NCBI RefSeq assembly: GCF_963921235.1
Contig: NC_086097.1
Location: 94,738,001-94,802,000 of the forward strand
Direction of reading: 5' to 3'
From: Mobula hypostoma
Taxonomy: Eukaryota
DNA: 64,000 nucleotides
The translations under genes were made by a program, and so were the position numbers. Below, piece after piece: positions 62,796-64,000 of this stretch. The stretch's first letter is position 1. Each line of letters opens with the position of its first letter. A model generated the notes under the pieces. That model was not told the DNA's origin and ran no database searches. It saw only the letters and a list, made by a program, of their open reading frames with translations.

Positions 62796-63070
62796 TCGCT
62801 CAGGGGCGTAACCCCCTGTATTCTGGATTTCCGCCGGAGAGAGTGAAACTGGGGGCTGCTTGCTGATCCTGGACCAGATTTTCAGATTCTCCACAATCAC
62901 AGCTGTTGCAGATTATCCAATGTCCTCTCGCCCACATCCGCGTAGCATGGTTGTCTTTAACGCAGAAGAATCCAGTGAAATTCTTGACAGATGACAGAGC
63001 TTCCTCCCCGGCTCTGATTCATAGCTTGGCCTGGTGCGGTTCCATTATCCTCAGCCGCTTGCCTCCGTCC
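62796..63070 (-). other. Candidate non-coding exon
   Basis: Acceptor atgctctcctcag| and donor |gtgagt; TE-free, CpG-retaining; all three frames contain stops. Confidence 0.25.
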
Positions 63071-64000
63071 CTGAGGAGAGCATAAGCGATCTGACTGTAA
63101 GCCAGCCGCCCTCGATGGGAAGCACATTGATGGTGTGGTGTAGCAGGGCTGCAGTCATTGACTCCCTGAGTGAAAGCAGCTGGCGTGGTTCAGAGAGAAC
63201 CCAAGTGACCCCCTGTACTCACCACAACCCCCACCCCCCACCTCCCACTGTCAGCTCAGCTCCTTTAGGAAACACAGAACGTTCCAAAAGCTTGCCTCAG
63301 CAAAAAAAAAGTAAACTTGCTTTGCAAATCCAGTACCCTGCCTGCTTCATCCTGAGTTTTTCTTTAATTTATTGGTTCTCTTCCAAGTGGATTAATTTGA
63401 AGCCAATGAGTTATTGATCAGACACAAGCAAAAACACTGTGGCTCTATCCCTCATCCTCCTTAACACAATGTCTATACTCACACATGGATCCCCGACCCT
63501 CCTGTTTTAATTTGTTTCTTTCTCTTCTGTTGCCAATTGCTCTTTTTTTTAAAAGTAATTGCCACCTTGCACCCTATCACGGACACTCCCACATTCTCTC
63601 CGCCCCGAAGGGACTTGGTCTGTAAGTCCGATAATCGACTACCTCGTTGTTTGGGAATCCTGATGGTTTAGCATTGAGTTCTCAGGACCCAATCCCAGAC
63701 TTCTTGAGGCCTCAGTTCCTACACTCACTTTAAGCTCATGCTGTCTGCTTTCCCACACTCCCTTTCAACTCGCCAGGGCCCTGTTCCGGCACTTTCTTCC
63801 AGCACGCTGAGGTGCCTTTTCCTGGGAACCACTTCCCCCCTCCCTTTAAACTGACTGGGAGTCTTGCTGCTGCTTCCCCTTTTAAACACACTGAGACTCT
63901 GCTTCCCTCAGCCCCTTCAGGCTTTTTGGCATCCCGTTTCCTGCAAACACTTTAAACGCACTGAAGTTCTGTTTCCCACACTTTTTAAACACACTGGGTT

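Noticed and set aside
63840..64000. CRISPR repeats (short repeat with variable spacers)
   Set aside because: The repeat is only ~13 nt, spacing is irregular and it resembles LINE 5' UTR motifs

Overview
Eukaryotic (vertebrate) intergenic or intronic DNA. The repeat complement (CR1 and Rex/Babar LINEs, HE1/V-type SINEs, Penelope-type pLTR fragments) suggests a cartilaginous fish, probably a ray; this is an inference. I found no recognisable host protein-coding gene, rRNA, true tRNA or CRISPR array. Nearly every meaningful ORF is a decayed transposon protein (CR1, Rex/Babar or RTE reverse transcriptase/endonuclease, Tc1 HTH, Chapaev3-like transposase). The most interesting signals are: (1) minimal type-I hammerhead ribozyme motifs in short dispersed Penelope-like pLTR elements, one with an intact core at 8488-8527 (-); (2) a ~545-bp composite unit of two tiny Tc1-type MITEs bracketing captured LINE-tail cargo, which appears to move as one piece; (3) a class of YY1-headed non-coding elements with Rex/Babar-type tails; (4) a Chapaev3-like transposon remnant; (5) an in-frame 60-nt templated insertion inside a CR1 RT gene; (6) two solo LTRs with exact target-site duplications (TSDs); (7) TE-free AT-rich islands that look like conserved enhancers, plus several unconfirmed exon-like segments. 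Family names come from motif recognition by eye, and the boundaries of old elements are approximate.
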